DNA of 64,000 bases. Origin: Azolla caroliniana. Lineage: Eukaryota > Plantae > Polypodiophyta. This document shows, piece by piece, positions 63,369-64,000 of the stretch. A program made the position numbers and the translations under genes. Position 1 is the first letter of the stretch. Each line of letters starts with the position of its first letter. The DNA is taken from contig JBHGNT010000013.1 of NCBI GenBank assembly GCA_043228905.1, positions 248,001 through 312,000 on the forward strand, read 5' to 3'. The notes under the pieces are model-generated. The model made no database searches, had not been told where the DNA came from, and worked only from the letters and a program-made list of their open reading frames with translations.

Positions 63369-64000
63369 TACAAACCTGCAACGGAATGCTGGTACTCTGG
63401 CAAGAAGGGCCACAGAGAAAGCGAGTGCTGGAGAAAGCGCGCCGATTCCGACAAATCCGAATCCGGCAAGGTTGGCAAGGATGGCCGGCAAAGCTCGCAC
63501 TACGCGAAGGGATCGGGAGGATCCAAGAACGGTAACGGGCCAGCCTTGGTGATGAAGCACGAGGCGAACTCGATGAAGAAGACCACTTCCAAATCGGAGG
63601 AACTCTGGTATGTTGATTCTGGTGCGTCGAACCACATCAGGAGCCACAAAGAGTGGTTCTCCTTTTTGGAGAAACCGGATCAACCAGGAGAAGTCGAAAC
63701 CGGAGACGACACTACTCACCCAATCGTGCACGTCGGAGAAGTCCCTTTGAGCCACGTGGGACAGAAGGGGAAATTGATGAATGTATTACACGTTCCGACA
63801 ATCACAAAGAACCTGGTGTTAGTCGGACAGATCGTCGACCAGGGGATGCAAGTGCGGTTTACGCACCTTGGGTGCTTCATCGAGGAAGAGGGCCAAATTA
63901 TTGCGCAAGGGCGCAGAGACAGGAGGATGTTTATCCTCCACACGAATCACGTTGGCACCTCTCTATTTGCAAAAGGACAGAAGGTCGAATCAGACATCGA
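63369..64000 (+). pseudogene. Copia B-family zinc knuckle/protease segment in the opposite orientation
   Basis: It matches 41148-41775 (WYVDSGASNH, LHVPTITKNL). Confidence 0.88.

Overview
This window is a gene-free, deeply nested block of LTR retrotransposons. It is probably from a non-seed land plant, inferred from the Ty1/copia elements with tRNA-iMet primer sites, the Tcn1-like chromoviruses and the CG/CHG deamination pattern. Nearly all of it resolves into elements with LTR ends and target-site duplications (TSDs): several Ty1/copia copies, four chromovirus LTR families, a gag-only element whose two LTRs enclose about 35 kb of later insertions, one hAT MITE, and one young, almost intact non-chromovirus Ty3/gypsy (44463-51772). 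Three observations stand out. (1) The young gypsy has an 18-nt tRNA-Trp primer site, a 4-bp TSD, a DHG protease motif, and a gag-pro/pol layout joined by a G_GAU_UUU -1 slippery site with a pseudoknot. (2) Four different chromovirus LTR families each carry an antisense tRNA-like A-box/B-box module at the start of U3. (3) The two chromoviruses whose primer region is preserved lack a tRNA primer site and show Tf1-type self-priming complementarity. No host genes or true RNA genes are supported. All coordinates were read by eye and may be off by a few bases.
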